This document shows positions 1 to 9,843 of a DNA stretch of 64,000 nucleotides, piece by piece. This stretch comes from a virus: the IMG/VR virus record IMGVR_UViG_3300045988_051354, positions 35,058 to 99,057 of that record, one strand, 5' to 3'. The position numbers and the translations under genes are program-made. The notes below the pieces were generated by a model that worked only from the letters and a program-made list of their open reading frames with translations, did no database searches and was not told where the DNA came from. The stretch's first letter is position 1; the number at the start of each line of letters is the position of its first letter.

Positions 1-246
1 ATTCCTGGAATCAAAGGTCTTTATATAGTACCTCTCTAATTCCCCAAGCTTCTTAAAGTCGTCAGTATTATCTATCTCTTCTATAGTAAAGTTCTCAAGA
101 CCGTATTTACGCATAGACCTATATAAGTGTCTATCACACACTCTACTGTCTCTTATGTGACCTCTCCATCTTGCTTCTAGTGTAACTGTAGTTAAACCTA
201 TATACACCTTGCCGTTAATACTGTTAGTAATTTTATAGATAATCAT
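1..246 (-). CDS. GIY-YIG homing endonuclease (N-terminal part; the gene continues past the window start)
   Basis: Reverse complement from 246 gives MIIYKITNSINGKVYIGLTTVTLEARWRGHIRDSRVCDRHLYRSMRKYGLENF..., with GIY and YIG motifs and the conserved R/E/N. In frame to position 1 with no stop. Not in the ORF track because it runs off the window. Confidence 0.7.
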   Translation of the reverse strand, partial: MIIYKITNSINGKVYIGLTTVTLEARWRGHIRDSRVCDRHLYRSMRKYGLENFTIEEIDNTDDFKKLGELERYYIKTFDSRN

Positions 247-384
247 TATATTGATAATTTCTACAAATTTACTAATTTAAATGGAGATGTGCAACTCATA
301 CATCATAATTAATTTCCCACGGGATTACCATACATCTAGTCTCACGACTCAAGCTTCAGGCTTCCCCGTTAGCATAGTTAATTA

Positions 385-1188
385 CTATACCCGTCTGGTT
401 AGACGCAAAGATATAACAGGCGATTGTTCACCATCGAGATACTTGATATAATCTTTACCATGTAGTTTAAATTTATCAAGTATAGTCAAGGAAGTATCTT
501 CTACAGCATAAAAGTAACTATTGTAGCAATCTCTTGGTACAAAGTAACCTGCCTTCCTGTCCCACATAGCATGTTTAACTCCCAGGTTCTCCGCTGGGAC
601 GAACTCACAGTTAAACATCAACTCCTTAGTTCTAGCTTTACGATTTTCATCGCTAATAGTTTTAAGGATAGATTGCATAAATTCTCTGTAAGTAGGGTTA
701 TCATTAACTGGAATTCCTAAGAACTCAGCAGCTTCGATAACTCCATTAACACCTACAGTTAAATACTGTTTCTTCATATGAATGAATCCAGCAGAATAGA
801 CAGTTAGTAAACCATCATTTAAATAGTCTTTGAGTAATTCATTATATGCAGTTTGATATTTATGAACTTTCTGAACGTTTTCACGTAAATACTCAATCAT
901 ATCGTATCCGTTATTAACTGCATCTTGAACTAATCTATTAATATTTAAAGTCATTACAGATTTACTACCAGTAGCAATACCACCAGCTCCAAGAGAATAA
1001 CTAAATTGATTATCAGTTACTTCATTGCGAAGTCTACAACAACTTGACAGACTATCTGCTGAATCAGACATATAAGTAAAGAATGAGTGTCCCTTACTAT
1101 ACATCTCTGCTGTAAAGTCTGCCCATTCTTTATCTACTACATCCTCTCCATCAGTAAGAAGTGCTACAGTTTCCCACATATGTTCCAT
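385..1188 (-). CDS. nrdD: Anaerobic ribonucleoside-triphosphate reductase NrdD, internal exon (catalytic core with CC-R-L-R cysteine motif)
   Basis: The LSSCCRLRNE motif is typical of the class III RNR active site. The ORF ends ...LTRRV at a TAG-TAA double stop, exactly where the glycyl-radical motif RVCGY would continue. The last exon must therefore lie beyond the window. Exon borders are approximate. Confidence 0.7.
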   Translation of the reverse strand: MEHMWETVALLTDGEDVVDKEWADFTAEMYSKGHSFFTYMSDSADSLSSCCRLRNEVTDNQFSYSLGAGGIATGSKSVMTLNINRLVQDAVNNGYDMIEYLRENVQKVHKYQTAYNELLKDYLNDGLLTVYSAGFIHMKKQYLTVGVNGVIEAAEFLGIPVNDNPTYREFMQSILKTISDENRKARTKELMFNCEFVPAENLGVKHAMWDRKAGYFVPRDCYNSYFYAVEDTSLTILDKFKLHGKDYIKYLDGEQSPVISLRLTRRV

Positions 1189-1297
1189 ATAGTTCGCTAC
1201 ACTATATGCGTTCTCTTATGAACTGCTGTATGTCACCATACAGGTCAGACTATATCACAATCCTATTAGGATTCTCCCCATTTCCACTGTCAATAGC

Positions 1298-1873
1298 TTA
1301 CAGTGTACTCTCTTTCGAGATAGTCGTTGAACTTTCATTACAGAACTCAAATGTATATCCATGATACAACCTATTAGCATTGATAGCTTTATGTAACCCT
1401 TCCACACAAGATGGCTTACCTATAAGGCGTACTGCTTCACTCATAGATTTATATATAGTATCATTCTCTATACATCTGACTGCCTTTGGAGCAGTCTTCC
1501 CCTTCATAGACTTACCAAGTACATCTACAGAGTGTCTTTCATTCTCTGACTGTGTGCACCATTCTAGGTTCTCTACACAGTTATTAGAACGATTGCCATC
1601 TATATGATTAACGTAAGGTTTGTTGTCAGGATTTGGTATGTACGTCTCAGCTACAAGCCTATGACACATATATCTTTTCTTAACACCTTCTTTCATTAAC
1701 ACAATCCTACTGTAACCATCTTGCATAACCTCTACTTTAAGTGATTTGCCAGGATAATTACGAGTTCCAGATTGCTTATACTTGATAATTCTATCTTTAC
1801 TTCTAAAGTTACCTAAAGTACTTACTTCAAAGTACCCTTCATAGTTAGGGATTTCTTTCCAAATTTCTTCCAT
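1298..1873 (-). CDS. HNH homing endonuclease (NUMOD4-like N-terminus) inside the nrdD intervening sequence
   Basis: EIWKEIPNYEGYFEVSTLGNFRS is a NUMOD4-like motif. HIDGNRSNNCVENLEWCTQSEN is an HNH motif. The gene sits between two nrdD coding blocks. Confidence 0.8.
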   Translation of the reverse strand: MEEIWKEIPNYEGYFEVSTLGNFRSKDRIIKYKQSGTRNYPGKSLKVEVMQDGYSRIVLMKEGVKKRYMCHRLVAETYIPNPDNKPYVNHIDGNRSNNCVENLEWCTQSENERHSVDVLGKSMKGKTAPKAVRCIENDTIYKSMSEAVRLIGKPSCVEGLHKAINANRLYHGYTFEFCNESSTTISKESTL

Positions 1874-2014
1874 AATGCTTAGCTGCTGATTGTCTTAATA
1901 CTAATTATTAAGTGCAAAGATAATGTAATTTACTTACATTTCCTAACTTTCTACCATTAATTAATGTTAAGATGTCCCAGCAATTAGAGGAGTTGTTCGA
2001 GATAGATTACTCTA

Positions 2015-3064
2015 TCAAGCTGCGAAATTCACAGGGAACGTTAATATGCACTTAGTCCTCTCCTCGTTAAACCAAGTCATAAACTTCTTCTGTAACCAGT
2101 TCAAAGAATCCCATATGGGCTTAGTTCCATCTGGGAATACAAACTCACCAAATAAACCTTCAAAGTAATTCTTATCAAAATAACTGATATTCCAGAATAC
2201 TGATTGGAAGTTACGAGCAGCTGCTGGTTGATTGATTGAATATACAATCTGTTGGAACTTCTGTTCAATAGTCTTATCAATATTTCTATGTTTATCAACC
2301 ATCTCTTCTGGACGTTTCCAATAATCATCACCCCATTCTTTACGAGCGAAGTAATCGAAATACATTAGGAACTCACCAGTAGCTACTGCTCCAGCGAATT
2401 GTGAGCTGATAGCAAATACCAGATTAACAAACATACCGCAGAAGGAGTCCAGATTCTTAGGCTTGGCAGACAAACCTCCAATTGGCTGTAGCCCTTCAAG
2501 TAGGAACGGATACATAGTGATAGCCACGCAGTAGGGCATAATTGATGTTTCATCATGCTTGTAAAGTTCATGAGATTCCAGTTGTCTAATATACTCCTTA
2601 GCTAAATCTTCACCATATAACTGCCTAATTTTATCTGTAAGGATTGCTCTATTAACTTTAATTACATCACCCTTAAACAACTCTCCATTTAAAGTTACTA
2701 TATTCTTCTCAGTAACATTGGCATTAGCATCATATTTACTACCTGTAGCAGCATTAGATGCTTTGGCATAATCTTTAATAAACTGCTTCTTCCCAGCTAA
2801 TGCTCTGAGTTCAGCTTGTTTATGTCGATACAAAATGAATGCTTTAGCGACATCATAGTAATCACAAGCCATCAAAGCCTTTTCAATTTGATCTTGAAGC
2901 TCTTCTACTGATACTATGTTGTTAATATACAATTCATCTTTAATATCATCCAAAATATCGGAATCAATTGGTTCGTTAACAGCATTGAACGCCTTAGTAA
3001 TAGCCGCGTCAATCTTATTAATATCGAAAGGTTCTACTCTCTTATTTCTTTTAATTACTAACAT
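2015..3064 (-). CDS. nrdD: Anaerobic ribonucleotide reductase NrdD, N-terminal exon (ATP-cone + start of catalytic domain)
   Basis: MLVIKRNKRVEPFDINKIDAAI is ATP-cone-like. It ends ...KCILTFPVNFAA at a TGA and is then interrupted by 826 bp containing the HNH ORF. Confidence 0.7.
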   Translation of the reverse strand: MLVIKRNKRVEPFDINKIDAAITKAFNAVNEPIDSDILDDIKDELYINNIVSVEELQDQIEKALMACDYYDVAKAFILYRHKQAELRALAGKKQFIKDYAKASNAATGSKYDANANVTEKNIVTLNGELFKGDVIKVNRAILTDKIRQLYGEDLAKEYIRQLESHELYKHDETSIMPYCVAITMYPFLLEGLQPIGGLSAKPKNLDSFCGMFVNLVFAISSQFAGAVATGEFLMYFDYFARKEWGDDYWKRPEEMVDKHRNIDKTIEQKFQQIVYSINQPAAARNFQSVFWNISYFDKNYFEGLFGEFVFPDGTKPIWDSLNWLQKKFMTWFNEERTKCILTFPVNFAA

Positions 3065-3069
3065 TCAAT

Positions 3070-3849
3070 TTAGAAGTTTAATATGTTTCTTAGTAATAGA
3101 GTCTTCTCTGCTCTATTCATCAAATCTTTGCCCTTGTCATTACTAATTAACTGAGTAAATGCATTATACACAGTAAACATATCCACCTCATTACCCTCTC
3201 CTATATAATAGCTAGAATCAGGGTCTTCAAACATAGAACCATAAGCCTTAACAACAAGGTCTGTTCCTATCTTTACGTCTCCATACCCACCATTATAGGT
3301 CATAGATATAGCGTTTCTAACCCATCTACCTAGATTAGAGTCTATATTACTTGGAGTTCCTTCCCATGTAGTATTATGTAAGGTGTCCAACATCAATTTA
3401 ATATCACTGGTTTGTGATAAAAGGTGTTCAACAGCTTTATAATTGATGGGCTTCTCAGACTCTAAGTTCTGAACTTGCAAGAACTCTGGGTCAAAGACAC
3501 ATAAGTTTGTACATGCTCTATTAAGAGCGCCTCTATAAATCTTAGCTACTGGTTTACGGACATCTAATCCATATACCATACCAATAACTTCATCGTGATT
3601 ATCTATTCTGCAATTCTCTGGCATTACAGCTTGAATAAGTACACGATTATAAGTGATATCATCTGCATTAACCTCTCCATCTGCTGTTCTAGTAACTTGC
3701 TTAGGGAGTTCTGCTTCCACTATAAAGTTACTAGTAAACTTATACATTCTTTCTAGAAAGGGTTCTACATAAGCAGCCGTAGGGAAGTAATTACGCTTCC
3801 CTATTCTGGTTGCTTTACCATTTAACAGTTGATCAATCGTCAGTTGCAT
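3070..3849 (-). CDS. hypothetical protein
   Basis: 259-aa ORF. Starts right after the nrdD exon. Fits the minus-strand gene array. Confidence 0.55.
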   Translation of the reverse strand: MQLTIDQLLNGKATRIGKRNYFPTAAYVEPFLERMYKFTSNFIVEAELPKQVTRTADGEVNADDITYNRVLIQAVMPENCRIDNHDEVIGMVYGLDVRKPVAKIYRGALNRACTNLCVFDPEFLQVQNLESEKPINYKAVEHLLSQTSDIKLMLDTLHNTTWEGTPSNIDSNLGRWVRNAISMTYNGGYGDVKIGTDLVVKAYGSMFEDPDSSYYIGEGNEVDMFTVYNAFTQLISNDKGKDLMNRAEKTLLLRNILNF

Positions 3850-4502
3850 TATACACAGTACAATATCGGCTTTGGTAATTCTAGTAATCTAGCAGCATAA
3901 TATACAGCTCTTAATGGATTTGCACCATTACCGTCAATAGGCATAGTGTTAGAACTAAAATAACCAACACCATACCTTTTGGCAATATTGTACAACCTCA
4001 CTAATAACTCAGTAGATTGGCCCTTTGTTGGATCAATTTCATTTGACAAGAGCTGATTTAGCAAATACTTCAGAGCTTCTCTGCAAGTAGCTCTGGTATC
4101 ATCACCATTAAATGTATGATTGTCTATCATAATTGTTCGCACAGTAACTCCACAAAATGCCTTCTCAGCATACTTTACCTCACCATTCTCCATTTCAATA
4201 GGAGTTCCTATTAATCCCTGCACAGGATGAACAGGCTTCTCTACATCTCTATCATTAATGGTTATCTTACCGGAATTTAGTTGCTTTGAGGCTTTAGAAA
4301 TCATACTATCTTTAACAATAGTAGGAAGATCATCTATGTTAGTTTGGCCAGTTACTCTGAATCCAACAGCTGGTAAATTACTCATAAGATTATCCTCTGC
4401 TCGTCGAAAGTCTAGTTTACTTTGTTCTAACGCCTTAAAAGCATTTACATAGTCATCACAATTAGCTCTAAGAGCTATTACATCATCAATAGTTAAAGTC
4501 AT
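3849..4502 (-). CDS. hypothetical protein
   Basis: 217-aa ORF. Its ATG overlaps the stop of the next gene. Confidence 0.55.
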   Translation of the reverse strand: MTLTIDDVIALRANCDDYVNAFKALEQSKLDFRRAEDNLMSNLPAVGFRVTGQTNIDDLPTIVKDSMISKASKQLNSGKITINDRDVEKPVHPVQGLIGTPIEMENGEVKYAEKAFCGVTVRTIMIDNHTFNGDDTRATCREALKYLLNQLLSNEIDPTKGQSTELLVRLYNIAKRYGVGYFSSNTMPIDGNGANPLRAVYYAARLLELPKPILYCV

Positions 4503-4510
4503 TGTTTACA

Positions 4511-6073
4511 TTATTGTAAGATAATTCGTCCATCTAACGTGTTCTTACCATCTACAATACTATAATCACAGGATGCAAGAGTATTACCGAAGTTCTTGTG
4601 TATCCACTCAGAACTTCCAAATAATGAGCCTACAGACTTATAAGTAAATCTTCTACCATAGGTAGTAGCGGACTGATGCAAGTCTCCTTTTACAAAGACT
4701 ACATTACTGGAGATTCCCCTATTATCTAGATACTCATTAATAAAATTCTCAGTCTTTACATCTAAGGTTAGCGGTAAATTCTTGAACATATCCTTGTTAT
4801 CTTTACCATGACACATTACATAAGTAACGTCACCAAGTTTGAACTCTCCGATAAATTTATCAAATACTTGACACTTAATATCGAACTGTTCAAGTATAGC
4901 AGCCAATGCTATATTAGCAGCATATCCAAAATCACCGTCATGGTTGGATTCCCCAACGCAGTAATAATATAAATTGGAATGCTTAATCTCTTCCTGTATA
5001 GACTTAATAAAACTAGTCATTAGTTTTATATAAGTATGCAGTTGTTCCTTATTGCTCATATTTTGAGCTAGGTCATGTCCACCTCTAGTAGTCTGGCCAT
5101 TATATCCATCTAGAGAGTCTCCAAGATTACAGATAACAATATTCTCAAATCCTCCACCTATATGATAGGCTTCTGTATATACTCTTTTAAGAATCATATC
5201 AAATCTTCTCTTCATCTCTTCCTCATTATAAGGATTTTGATAAATAGATTGTGGAGATACAGCTGCTCCAGTATGAATATCAGATAGCCAAATGATTAAG
5301 TCTTTACCATTGGTTATCATAGGTGCTTTGCCCCAATCATACAAATTATTAATGTCTAAACCTTCTAGAATATGTTTACCATCTTCAATCTTAGACTTTA
5401 ATTCTGCATTCTCTAATGCATATTTCTTTAATAAGGATTCATTCTGTTTTATCCTTTGAGTTTCTATGCCTCTAAGAAAGTCATTCTCCTTCTCTCTTAG
5501 TTGCATAACTTGAAGCTGTTCAGGAGTATTCTCCTCTATGATATGAGGAGCAAATGGAGCTGAAGCCTTAGTAATATTAAACACTCTCAGAATCTTCTTG
5601 AAATCTTCCAATGAATATTCTGGGAAGCTACGGCTAACTTCTCTTTGCGTGATAGAAGAGCCATAATATGAATACAATCTATAAATCATATTCATTTCAT
5701 CACGTGTAAGTCTTCCGGCTAAAGGAGCTTTATCACGCAAAGGCACAGTAAATTCATAGGCAATAATCCTACCTTCCGTGTCTCTTATATACTGAATGGT
5801 TCCAGTACTAGTCTTTTCAGAGGTCTTCTTAGCCTTGGATTTAGTAGTTCCAACATAACCTCGTTCTTTAATCTGTTTAAACAAATCCATGACAGTAGAA
5901 TACTGTTCATTAGATACCTTGTTAGCCTCATAGTCAAACTCCAGTTGCTTACGCTTATTGCAGAAATAATTCTGAGGAAGACCTGTCTTCTCAGCATAAG
6001 CATTCATACTAACATTATCTTTAATTACGTTATGTAAGTGACTGATCAATTTGACTAGAGTTTCGTTTCTCAT
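4511..6073 (-). CDS. Calcineurin-like metallophosphoesterase with an unknown N-terminal domain of about 250 aa
   Basis: Phosphoesterase motifs IIWLSDIHTG (DxH), GDSLDG (GDxxD) and GESNHDG (GNHD), as in Mre11/SbcD and lambda phosphatase. Confidence 0.65.
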   Translation of the reverse strand: MRNETLVKLISHLHNVIKDNVSMNAYAEKTGLPQNYFCNKRKQLEFDYEANKVSNEQYSTVMDLFKQIKERGYVGTTKSKAKKTSEKTSTGTIQYIRDTEGRIIAYEFTVPLRDKAPLAGRLTRDEMNMIYRLYSYYGSSITQREVSRSFPEYSLEDFKKILRVFNITKASAPFAPHIIEENTPEQLQVMQLREKENDFLRGIETQRIKQNESLLKKYALENAELKSKIEDGKHILEGLDINNLYDWGKAPMITNGKDLIIWLSDIHTGAAVSPQSIYQNPYNEEEMKRRFDMILKRVYTEAYHIGGGFENIVICNLGDSLDGYNGQTTRGGHDLAQNMSNKEQLHTYIKLMTSFIKSIQEEIKHSNLYYYCVGESNHDGDFGYAANIALAAILEQFDIKCQVFDKFIGEFKLGDVTYVMCHGKDNKDMFKNLPLTLDVKTENFINEYLDNRGISSNVVFVKGDLHQSATTYGRRFTYKSVGSLFGSSEWIHKNFGNTLASCDYSIVDGKNTLDGRIILQ

Positions 6074-6218
6074 ATTACTGATGTAAATTAGATAGCCTTT
6101 CGGCCTTAATATAAAATTTCTAATCTCTTTGCTACTAAGTATCTATAAAGAATAAGGGGACTACCTTATTAAACATAAGATAATCCCCTTGATATTTAAG
6201 GTCAATAGAAGTTATAAC

Positions 6219-6776
6219 TTATCCTTCAACCCCAAAGCAGATATATGTACCCATCTTAGCTGACTTAGACGGAGTGTACTTAACTTCAAAAGCACCATCC
6301 TCACCTTCAACTACTGCCTTAATATACTTGCAATATACGTCACCAGTGTAGTCTTTCTTAGTGTACAGCTCCTTAGCTACTTCTTTAGCCTTAGTCTTAG
6401 TCTCGAAATTGATAAACAGTACTTCACCAGTTGCAGGATTAATACCTTGATAACCAGTCTTATACTTTCTCTTACCCTTCTCATTCTTAATGTCAATCAT
6501 AGTGTACGGACGCTCGCGAGTGTCAGCAGAACCTGCCTCAAACGTAATGGAACATCCAACACCAGCAGCCATCTTAGTATGTTTAGTAAGATATTCAGCG
6601 CAGAATTCCTTCAATGCTTTGTCAGTGATGGGCTTACCAGCAGCTTTCCATGCCTGAGTAGCATCACGAATTACTTGGAATGGGGCTTGTGCAACTGCTT
6701 CTTGTTTAGTGTAACCTTTAACTTCTACTTTCTTAAAATTTACTTGATTAGTCATAATTAATTGAGTTTTAAACAT
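6219..6776 (-). CDS. hypothetical protein (two TAnnTTTG promoter motifs upstream)
   Basis: 185-aa ORF. Two copies of GTACCTTTG lie just upstream on the coding strand. Confidence 0.6.
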   Translation of the reverse strand: MFKTQLIMTNQVNFKKVEVKGYTKQEAVAQAPFQVIRDATQAWKAAGKPITDKALKEFCAEYLTKHTKMAAGVGCSITFEAGSADTRERPYTMIDIKNEKGKRKYKTGYQGINPATGEVLFINFETKTKAKEVAKELYTKKDYTGDVYCKYIKAVVEGEDGAFEVKYTPSKSAKMGTYICFGVEG

Positions 6777-6799
6777 TATTCCATTGAGTGTAATCTCTT

Positions 6800-6930
6800 T
6801 GTTATTGTATTACAAAGGTACTGCTTTAATATTGGATTACCAAGCAATACTGATGTAAAATAATCTTAATGTTGTATTCTCAATCTGACCTCTTCTTTCA
6901 GGGAGGATGCTGCAAAGGTACTACTTTATC
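6800..6930 (-). promoter_or_regulatory. two Bacteroidetes-type -7 promoter motifs (TAnnTTTG) upstream of gene 6219..6776
   Basis: Plus-strand caaaggtactgcttta and caaaggtactacttta read GTACCTTTG on the coding strand, an exact TAnnTTTG. Confidence 0.4.
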
Positions 6931-6975
6931 TCCAATTGGACAAGTAATGACTAATAAATAATACGATAAATTATT

Positions 6976-7197
6976 TTAACTATTATCATTAGGTGGAAAG
7001 CAAAATGTATTATTGCACATTCCACGCCATGTAGCTTCACTCTCTTCATAGAATTTATCTATTATGCCATTCTCATCATTAGCAATTATCCCAGTAGCCC
7101 ATAACAGTTGATTAAATCTCATGTCTGGATACTTGTCTATTAAATCGGATAGCTTACTAAGAATAGCTTTGTTGTTTACATATCTAGTGTTATTCAT
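6976..7197 (-). CDS. hypothetical small protein
   Basis: 73-aa ORF in the minus-strand array. Confidence 0.4.
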   Translation of the reverse strand: MNNTRYVNNKAILSKLSDLIDKYPDMRFNQLLWATGIIANDENGIIDKFYEESEATWRGMCNNTFCFPPNDNS

Positions 7198-7202
7198 ACA
7201 CT

Positions 7203-7595
7203 TTAAAATGGTAAATCTGGAGTTGAATCTTCCCAGGGTAATTCTTTATCGAGAATCTCATTGATTTTATCAACCATTTCCTTAGAAGACTTCATATCGA
7301 ATGTAAGGAACTCTGTAGTATTTCTCATAAAATCGTCACAAATAACTGCAAGACCTCTAAGAATCCTTTCAGAGTTATGAGACTCTTTACCCTTACGAAC
7401 TTTCTGAATTACTTGCCAAGTAGTAGCATTAGGAGTCTTATTTCTGGCTTGCTTAGTAAGGAAGCATATTAGTGAGATTAAGGCAAACTTAGTTCCTATA
7501 TCACAAGCTAAACACCCCAAACTGAAGTAATCCTTATAATACTCCCTTAAGTCATTCAGAGTTGGTTCATAGTATTCCATCAGCATCGTATCCAT
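7203..7595 (-). CDS. hypothetical protein
   Basis: 130-aa ORF. Confidence 0.5.
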   Translation of the reverse strand: MDTMLMEYYEPTLNDLREYYKDYFSLGCLACDIGTKFALISLICFLTKQARNKTPNATTWQVIQKVRKGKESHNSERILRGLAVICDDFMRNTTEFLTFDMKSSKEMVDKINEILDKELPWEDSTPDLPF

Positions 7596-8604
7596 ACAAT
7601 TCGTAGTATGCTACCATACGTAACAACTTAGTAAACTCTAAGAATCCTTCTTTCATATGGCCATTAGTAACTGGGTATACTCCAGACCTGAAATCAGGAA
7701 CTGTAGATACTACCAGCATATTAGCCTTTAAAGAAGGTTTGACCTTATATGTGTTCTCAATATACAGTTTAAGCATCCACATATACATAGCCATTTGTCT
7801 AGCATAATGATACTTATCAAAACTCTCGCCAAACTTAGTAAGATAATGCCCACTTGTCTTTAAGTCATTGAGTGTTAACTCATCGCTATCAGGACAGTAT
7901 GTGAAATTATCAAGTTTAGCTTTAAGTTTTAATACTTTATTCTTGCCACCATGTTCTACTAACACAGACATTAATAAGGCTGCTTCATTAGCTATAACAG
8001 GTTCTGCAAATAAACCTTCTGGTTTTAGTAATGACTGTATTTGCTTATTGCATTCAACTGATGTGAGACATTCTCGTAGCTTGTCTCTAGACTTGGGATC
8101 TAAATAAATAGGAACCTTATCGGCAACATATTTACTTCCCCATTCATAGGCTGTACGCTGAGCATAGTAGTCTTCGCATTTAATACGTAGAGCTTCCATC
8201 TTATCAGCATCCATTTTACCCTTATAATAGCTAATTTTATTTGATGCTGCTATAATTTCGTCAGCAGTAACAACATGAGTAGCTACAAATGTAGGATATA
8301 ATTCATCCGCCATGAATCCAGCTTTAGCTGTAGGTCTATTAACTGTTTCTACAAGAATAAATGATTCTGGTTGCAGTATTAATTCATGCACTGCTGAACC
8401 AAAATACAGTGAGTCAGAATACCTAGAGTCCGCTTCTAAACCAGCTTTATACAAAGCAGGACTTCCACCCTGCTCTGGATTTATTAGCTTCAATCTAGAG
8501 TTACTGATGTAATCAGAATAAGCATCCCCGAAGTATTCTTCATCACTTATGTCTAAATATTCTATGGTTTCAATTAGTGGTGTTATTTTAATTTCCTCAA
8601 GCAT
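7567..8604 (-). CDS. PD-(D/E)xK-family nuclease-like protein (recombination-exonuclease-like)
   Basis: 345 aa. GSAVHELIL ... ANMLVVSTV...K resembles the RecB/Cas4/YqaJ core. Assigned by motif only. Confidence 0.4.
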   Translation of the reverse strand: MLEEIKITPLIETIEYLDISDEEYFGDAYSDYISNSRLKLINPEQGGSPALYKAGLEADSRYSDSLYFGSAVHELILQPESFILVETVNRPTAKAGFMADELYPTFVATHVVTADEIIAASNKISYYKGKMDADKMEALRIKCEDYYAQRTAYEWGSKYVADKVPIYLDPKSRDKLRECLTSVECNKQIQSLLKPEGLFAEPVIANEAALLMSVLVEHGGKNKVLKLKAKLDNFTYCPDSDELTLNDLKTSGHYLTKFGESFDKYHYARQMAMYMWMLKLYIENTYKVKPSLKANMLVVSTVPDFRSGVYPVTNGHMKEGFLEFTKLLRMVAYYELYGYDADGIL

Positions 8605-9100
8605 ATTGCTTCATAAATAGATAAGCATCGATTATCTCAGTTCTATTTAGTGAGAATACCTTGAACATAGGGAAGTCAACAGTTCTGTCTGTATGATACA
8701 GTAGTGCTGGCACCCCAGAACGTTGACATTTGATTACATTACTTAAAGAATCATCAATAAAGACATCCACTTTACCTTTAATCATATCAGCTTTGTTACC
8801 ATGCTGGTATACCATTTGATAAATTGGTCTGTCAGGAAATCCATTCCTCCTGAGCCATTCTCTAGTCCATGCCTTATTATTGACTCTCTTAGTACAATAC
8901 AGCTCTGGAATAAAGTCAGGTCTATTAATAACTGGGAGATTTAACCAGAAATCTCTCTCCTTACTAAGGATCTGTTGTACATTCCTAGTAATTATATGGT
9001 CTTTAAGCATGTGAGGATTATTAGCTGTATCAAAACGCTCACAATAAGCATCCCAAAACCCAGCCAAACAATCATCTATATCTAATCCTATTCTGAACAT
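8597..9100 (-). CDS. 5'(3')-deoxyribonucleotidase, HAD superfamily
   Basis: N-terminal GLDIDDCL is the DxDxT/V HAD motif I. Size and layout match NT5C-type phage dNMP nucleotidases. Confidence 0.65.
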   Translation of the reverse strand: MFRIGLDIDDCLAGFWDAYCERFDTANNPHMLKDHIITRNVQQILSKERDFWLNLPVINRPDFIPELYCTKRVNNKAWTREWLRRNGFPDRPIYQMVYQHGNKADMIKGKVDVFIDDSLSNVIKCQRSGVPALLYHTDRTVDFPMFKVFSLNRTEIIDAYLFMKQYA

Positions 9101-9122
9101 TCAATAGCATCTTGTTATGATT

Positions 9123-9344
9123 CTAGAATTCTTCTATATCATAGATGTCACCAATAATTATCTCTCTGTCTCTTGACATGATTACCCCTAGTTCTTCATA
9201 ATCTCCAGGTAGATCAATATCATAATCTTCAACGAACAAGTTTATGAACTTGTCTTCAGCTTCTGTGAAGCTTCTAGCTCTCACTTTCTCTAACCACAAG
9301 TCTCCATTATTAAGACCATAACATGGTAGAATGTAAGTACTCAT
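9123..9344 (-). CDS. hypothetical small protein
   Basis: 73-aa ORF. Confidence 0.4.
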   Translation of the reverse strand: MSTYILPCYGLNNGDLWLEKVRARSFTEAEDKFINLFVEDYDIDLPGDYEELGVIMSRDREIIIGDIYDIEEF

Positions 9345-9453
9345 TTATTTAGTTTAAAATTTTAAGGCAATATAGAACTTCATAAGACAAATCAAAGCCG
9401 TAGGTAAGTCTTACTTCAGTTAAAGTGTCTTCATAAATTTCAACCATCTCTTA

Positions 9454-9843
9454 CTAAGACTTCTTAATAAGTTCGTAAAAGAAATCTTTACTCATCATAA
9501 CGTATTCTCCATCAGAGCCCATATTCACACCTTTATCAACTTGTTTATTCCAGACTATTACTAATGGTCTGTCTTTACGTCCACAAGTTTTGATGATTTC
9601 AGCAATAGATGGAGTATTCTTAGTACATTTGCATTGAACATAACAAGGTAATTTGTCCTCGGTTTCTGCAATATCAATCTTAGCATCATCCAAATTCTTA
9701 GATTCACTACGAGACGATTTCAATCCTTTATAACCGAGTTCAATTAATTCCTTAATAATTTTAAGTTCATAATTATTACCCTTACGTTTAGCATAAGCAC
9801 CGTTACGTTTCTTCTTTGGTTTTACTTCTTCAGTACCTTCCAT
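9454..9843 (-). CDS. small PD-(D/E)xK-like (Hjc/VSR-like) nuclease; same family as ORFs 40022 and 46740
   Basis: GNNYELKIIKELIELGY...DDAKIDI...YVQCK fits the shared pattern G..E......L...G...D.I....QxK seen in the three paralogues. Confidence 0.45.
   Translation of the reverse strand: MEGTEEVKPKKKRNGAYAKRKGNNYELKIIKELIELGYKGLKSSRSESKNLDDAKIDIAETEDKLPCYVQCKCTKNTPSIAEIIKTCGRKDRPLVIVWNKQVDKGVNMGSDGEYVMMSKDFFYELIKKS

Noticed and set aside
382-387. TAG after ...LTRRV in nrdD as a recoded (read-through) stop for the CUA tRNA
   Set aside because: TAG is followed immediately by TAA, and the following frame does not continue the conserved CGY... sequence. An intervening sequence is the better explanation.
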